Source of the DNA: a virus | Lineage: Duplodnaviria; Caudoviricetes | DNA: 28,649 nucleotides | IMG/VR virus record: IMGVR_UViG_3300037467_000108 | Location: 1 to 28,649 of that record | Reading direction: 5' to 3' (one strand) | Shown here: positions 25,663-28,649 of the stretch, piece by piece | Position numbering within the stretch: position 1 is the stretch's first letter | How the letters are laid out: every line of letters begins with the position of its first letter | Made by a program: the position numbers and the translations under genes | Notes under the pieces: model-generated | What the model saw: the letters and a program-made list of their open reading frames with translations, nothing else | The model's database searches: none | Told to the model about the DNA's origin: nothing

Positions 25663-26437
25663 TGCTGGCCTCGCTCAGTTCCTTTTGGCGAACTTGGAAA
25701 TACGGCAGGTACTTCCTGCGCTCGTCTGCCTTTAGCGTGTTCATGATCTTTGCCAGATCCTGCACAGACTTGGCTTCTTTCATGGCCGGATGCTCAATCG
25801 GGTTTCCGGGCTGCACAGGATTGCCGTCATCATCAGCCGCTGGGCGAAGCTCTTCCGGCAGGTCTTCGATGTCTTGCGTGAAAATGTCCGATGCGCCCAG
25901 AGCGGTCAGCGTGAAATCGATTTGTGCCCGCTTCTTTGCCATCTTCAGGACCGTGTTTGCAAGGTCGGCAGGTTCGGTACGCACTTGCTTGATTTGCATG
26001 AAGTCGTAACGGCGCTGGCCTTTGTTCCAAACCTTCTGAAACTTCACGCGCTTGCGAGATTCCGGAAAGAAATCGAATTCTTCTTCGCACACGGCGGTGC
26101 GCCACTTGTATTTTTCTTCCCCGGTCGAGCATTCCCCGATGCCTTCGCCAACGGCGGTGCCGGTAGGCTGATGGAACCCAATGGCCTTGACGCGGTAACG
26201 GATGCAATCGCTGTCGGACAGGTCTTCAATCTCCAAGCGCAGACCCATATGGAATGTGGTCAGCAAGACCTCAGAGCCCGCTTTGTAGAGCGTCGGTTTC
26301 TGCGTCCCCGGGATCGTCCCGAAATGCGTCCCGTCCTTCATGACGGCGCCCATGACCTTTTGCACGGCGTTGATGCGTTCCCGCATCTGGTCCGCTGACA
26401 TGAGCTGCATTTGCGGCAACTCTGCGATTGCGTTCAT
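25646..26437 (-). CDS. Putative single-strand annealing protein (partner of the exonuclease)
   Basis: Directly upstream of and overlapping the exonuclease; KPTLYKAG, ANTVLKMAKKRA, SDIFTQDIED motifs; function inferred from position. Confidence 0.6.
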   Translation of the reverse strand: MNAIAELPQMQLMSADQMRERINAVQKVMGAVMKDGTHFGTIPGTQKPTLYKAGSEVLLTTFHMGLRLEIEDLSDSDCIRYRVKAIGFHQPTGTAVGEGIGECSTGEEKYKWRTAVCEEEFDFFPESRKRVKFQKVWNKGQRRYDFMQIKQVRTEPADLANTVLKMAKKRAQIDFTLTALGASDIFTQDIEDLPEELRPAADDDGNPVQPGNPIEHPAMKEAKSVQDLAKIMNTLKADERRKYLPYFQVRQKELSEASNGTTD

Positions 26438-26490
26438 CTCTATTTTCCTCGTACCAGTTCAATATCTCTGCCGCGTCGTCGTGGTCCATG

Positions 26491-26688
26491 TCAGGCTCGC
26501 AAGCCGACGGTGACGTACCACATGACTCCAATGCACATCCCCAAGCCGATGACACATGCCCAGTCCATCGCCTTGTTCTTGATGCTCTTGCGGCGCTCTA
26601 CGCTGAGTCGCGCATACGGCCCAAACTTGGAAGAACTCAGCGAACGCGGCGTGCTGCTGTAGTGCCGAATGTCTTTCGAGAATTGCAT
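26491..26688 (-). CDS. Small protein with C-terminal transmembrane segment
   Basis: Start reassigned to 26688 (AGGAG RBS); WACVIGLGMCIGVMWYVTVGL. Confidence 0.65.
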   Translation of the reverse strand: MQFSKDIRHYSSTPRSLSSSKFGPYARLSVERRKSIKNKAMDWACVIGLGMCIGVMWYVTVGLRA

Positions 26689-26705
26689 TGCGGTCTCCTG
26701 TTGGT

Positions 26706-26872
26706 AGAGGGTGGCCGATGCTGATTTCCAACTCTCTTTGCATATGGATTGGTGCGCCATCCGCGCAGTCTTCACCCTCTGGGAAGGAGATTGTTCTTAA
26801 GGCTGGCCCCCGGACGGTGCCTGCACCGCTTGCGCGGCAATCTCCTTCACAGAGCGCCCATTACGCCGGGCG
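26706..26872 (-). ncRNA. Candidate structured RNA element(s) in early-operon intergenic region
   Basis: 8-bp closing stem with two inner hairpins, plus a 17-bp stem (one mismatch) enclosing a GCAA tetraloop hairpin. Confidence 0.45.
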
Positions 26873-26877
26873 TAGCG

Positions 26878-27072
26878 TTAATGCTTGAACGGCCAGCCTT
26901 TTGCGTTCGGCCATTTCGTTACCGCTGGCAACCCATCCCCGCGATGCTTGATCTTCCCCATCATGTCCAGCAGCGCGTAATCGGTGTCTCGGACTAGCTG
27001 TTTCATGTCCACTGGGTTGTCCAGCAGGATCACTACAGCGCCCTGTACCCATCGAACTTCACCTGGCGTCAT
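26878..27072 (-). CDS. Hypothetical protein
   Basis: Start reassigned to 27072 (ATGA overlap, AGGAG RBS); 64 aa. Confidence 0.55.
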   Translation of the reverse strand: MTPGEVRWVQGAVVILLDNPVDMKQLVRDTDYALLDMMGKIKHRGDGLPAVTKWPNAKGWPFKH

Positions 27073-27248
27073 TGCTGCGCTCCTTGGGCTTTGGCGAGAA
27101 CTGCGCGGGCGTTGACCGCCGCCCAATCACCCTCCCACCCGGCCAATTTCATGCAGACGAGAAGGATGTTGATGGCCTCCACCAACTCCCCCACCAAGTT
27201 GTCGTTGTCTGCCACGCGCTGCGCGGCTTCGGTGTCGGATAGATGCAT
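27069..27248 (-). CDS. Hypothetical protein
   Basis: Start reassigned to 27248 (GGGAG RBS); ends ARAVLAKAQG, a typical phage motif. Confidence 0.6.
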   Translation of the reverse strand: MHLSDTEAAQRVADNDNLVGELVEAINILLVCMKLAGWEGDWAAVNARAVLAKAQGAQQ

Positions 27249-27249
27249 T

Positions 27250-27543
27250 TCAGGCTCCCTTGGCTTTGGAGAGCGCCGCTTCAAGCATTTGCATCACTTC
27301 GACGCGTGCTTGCGTAGGTGACAGTTCGCCGATGCATTGCATGGCGGCCGCTGTTGCTTCAAGCAAATCGGGAATCGCGGAAATTGCGTTTGCATTTCCA
27401 ATGCACCATTCCATGTCTTCGTTGCGCTCACGACCTTTCAGCATGTGGTGCGGAGGCTTTACCTCGGCAATCACCATGCCGCGCCGGTCTTTGACGGTCA
27501 GGTGGTTGCGCTTCCACGGCCCCGGTGTGTACTTCATGTCCAT
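27250..27543 (-). CDS. Phage early protein of the TPGPW...PDLLEA type
   Basis: YTPGPW, NANAISAIPDLLEA, AALSKAKG. Confidence 0.75.
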   Translation of the reverse strand: MDMKYTPGPWKRNHLTVKDRRGMVIAEVKPPHHMLKGRERNEDMEWCIGNANAISAIPDLLEATAAAMQCIGELSPTQARVEVMQMLEAALSKAKGA

Positions 27544-27577
27544 GTCTCATCCCCTGCTGGTTGTTCAGTGGCGGCGG

Positions 27578-27889
27578 TTAGGCGGAAAGCCACTCGCGCT
27601 CAAAAACGGCCATGTACTTCGGCTTTGTGCTGGCGATGCCTTTGAGCAGCGCTAGCAATTCGCTTCGCTTGATGCCGCGCTTGGCCGCTTGCGCATCGAG
27701 CAATCCAGGCGCATCAATGATTGCGCCCAAGATGCGCTTGGCGTTTGCGCGCTCCACCTTGAACGCGGCACGCGATGCCTTTGCGCTGGCTTCACGTGCG
27801 CGGGCTTGCTCGCGTTTGTAGTCATCAAACTGCTTATCGATGTTGCCCATGCGCTTCTTGAGCGGAAGGTTCAGATACCCGTGATCCAT
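27578..27889 (-). CDS. Basic helical hypothetical protein
   Basis: Start reassigned to 27889 (GAGGGG RBS 6 nt upstream); 103 aa. Confidence 0.6.
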   Translation of the reverse strand: MDHGYLNLPLKKRMGNIDKQFDDYKREQARAREASAKASRAAFKVERANAKRILGAIIDAPGLLDAQAAKRGIKRSELLALLKGIASTKPKYMAVFEREWLSA

Positions 27890-27902
27890 CTTCATCCCCT
27901 CA

Positions 27903-28062
27903 TCAGTAGCGCCGCTTCTGCGCGCGCTCATCGTCTTGCTCGTCTTGAAACTGCTCTATAAAGTCATCGCCTACCGAAGCAAGTACGAAGGCAAGCGACA
28001 CAGCCACAACAATCACCACAGCCGTGTAGATGCCGATCTCGATCAGGATTTGCGGGTGTCAT
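27903..28062 (-). pseudogene. Small membrane-protein gene with a 1-nt frameshift near its start
   Basis: ATG ACA CC(C)G CAA: removing one C gives MTPQILIEIGIYTAVVIVVAVSLAFVLASVGDDFIEQFQDEQDDERAQKRRY, which fills the gap exactly. Confidence 0.45.
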
Positions 28063-28065
28063 GGC

Positions 28066-28311
28066 TTAGTCCAGTCCGTAGTAGCGCAGCTCTACGACGA
28101 ACTCATCGCCGTCTTGGTACTGTGCCGAAATAGCGGGATCGCGCATGTAGTCGATGGCGTGCTTCTTATCCAGTGCTGCCATGCGAACTTGGTCAGCGTC
28201 ATAGCCACGGAACGTGTAGACGCCGCCAGTGCCTTGCTTGCGCTCCGTGTAGCGCACTGCGGGTGCGTGGACGGAAAGGGCTAGCTGGAAGATCGGATTG
28301 ACGTTTTGCAT
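28066..28311 (-). CDS. Hypothetical protein
   Basis: Start reassigned to 28311 (GAGG RBS); 81 aa. Confidence 0.65.
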   Translation of the reverse strand: MQNVNPIFQLALSVHAPAVRYTERKQGTGGVYTFRGYDADQVRMAALDKKHAIDYMRDPAISAQYQDGDEFVVELRYYGLD

Positions 28312-28318
28312 GTCCGCC

Positions 28319-28648
28319 TCACGCCTTAACAAACTTGTGGTTGTCGTCCAGCTTGTAGGCGACATTCGGCTCGATGCCGTCCTCACCGACGTAGGCGACT
28401 TCCATGCGGTAGCGCTCTGCTATCTCATCCCACCATGCCAATGCAATGCATCCGTCTTCGCCAGCAGAGGCTTGGCTGTTAATTCCGGAGGCGACAGCGA
28501 TTGATTTTTTGCCCGATGCGGCCAGCTTCGAGGAGTCGCCCGATGCGGCCAGCTTCGAGGAGTCGCCCGATGCGGCCAGCTTCGAGGAGTCGCCCGATGC
28601 GGCCAGATTCGAGGAGTCGCCCGATGCGGCCAGATTCGAGTAGTCGCC
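28319..28648 (-). CDS. C-terminal part of a phage protein with 9-aa repeats (GDSSKLAAS); N-terminus beyond the window
   Basis: Open frame ...GDYSNLAASGDSSNLAAS(GDSSKLAAS)x3 GKKSIAVASG...IALAWWDE...VGEDGIEPNVAYKLDDNHKFVKA*; absent from the ORF track because no start is in view. Confidence 0.8.
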   Translation of the reverse strand, partial: GDYSNLAASGDSSNLAASGDSSKLAASGDSSKLAASGDSSKLAASGKKSIAVASGINSQASAGEDGCIALAWWDEIAERYRMEVAYVGEDGIEPNVAYKLDDNHKFVKA

Positions 28649-28649
28649 C
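28511..28649. repeat. 27-bp tandem repeat, at least 5 copies, running off the window
   Basis: GCCCGATGCGGCCAG(C/A)TTCGAG(G/T)AGTC at 28511, 28538, 28565, 28592, 28619 and partial at 28646. Confidence 0.95.

Larger units (their letters stand above)
1..28649. mobile_element. Temperate podovirus-type bacteriophage genome segment (late operon, lysis, attP/int/xis, early recombination operon)
   Basis: Continuous phage gene order with no host housekeeping genes; no tail tube/sheath/tape-measure genes, but ejection proteins present; late and early operons converge on att/int. Confidence 0.95.

Noticed and set aside
28446-28643. + strand ORF with SPDAASFEE repeats
   Set aside because: Shadow of the repeat; the minus frame matches operon direction and continues into a typical C-terminal domain
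28511-28649. CRISPR array
   Set aside because: Repeats are head-to-tail with no unique spacers, are a multiple of 3 long and lie within an open reading frame

Overview
The whole window is part of a temperate, short-tailed (podovirus-type, P22/lambdoid-organised) phage genome, probably infecting a Burkholderiaceae host (inferred from the SSB sequence). The + strand (1-18574) carries the late operon: portal (5'-truncated), scaffold, major capsid, head/fibre accessory genes, adaptor, nozzle, four ejection proteins (one with a C-terminal S74 chaperone, one with an SLT domain), tail fibre plus adhesin, and a lysis cassette with no recognisable spanins. The - strand (18575-28649) carries a small lipoprotein, an intact attP-like region with two consensus IHF sites, lambda-like int/xis and an early (pL-type) operon with Lar, a mosaic protein, NinB, SSB, YqaJ exonuclease, a putative annealase, many small ORFs and a 9-aa-repeat protein cut by the window end. 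Phage genes on both sides of att suggest the excised/virion configuration. The most notable points are a signal-peptide-bearing fibre-like gene inside the virion module, an integrase with Asp at the catalytic box-I Arg position, an unlisted lipoprotein gene directly across attP, an antisense membrane-protein gene at the P22 sieA-like position, repeat-bounded modules in the early region, and a structured intergenic RNA. All family names come from motif recognition and gene order, not from database searches.
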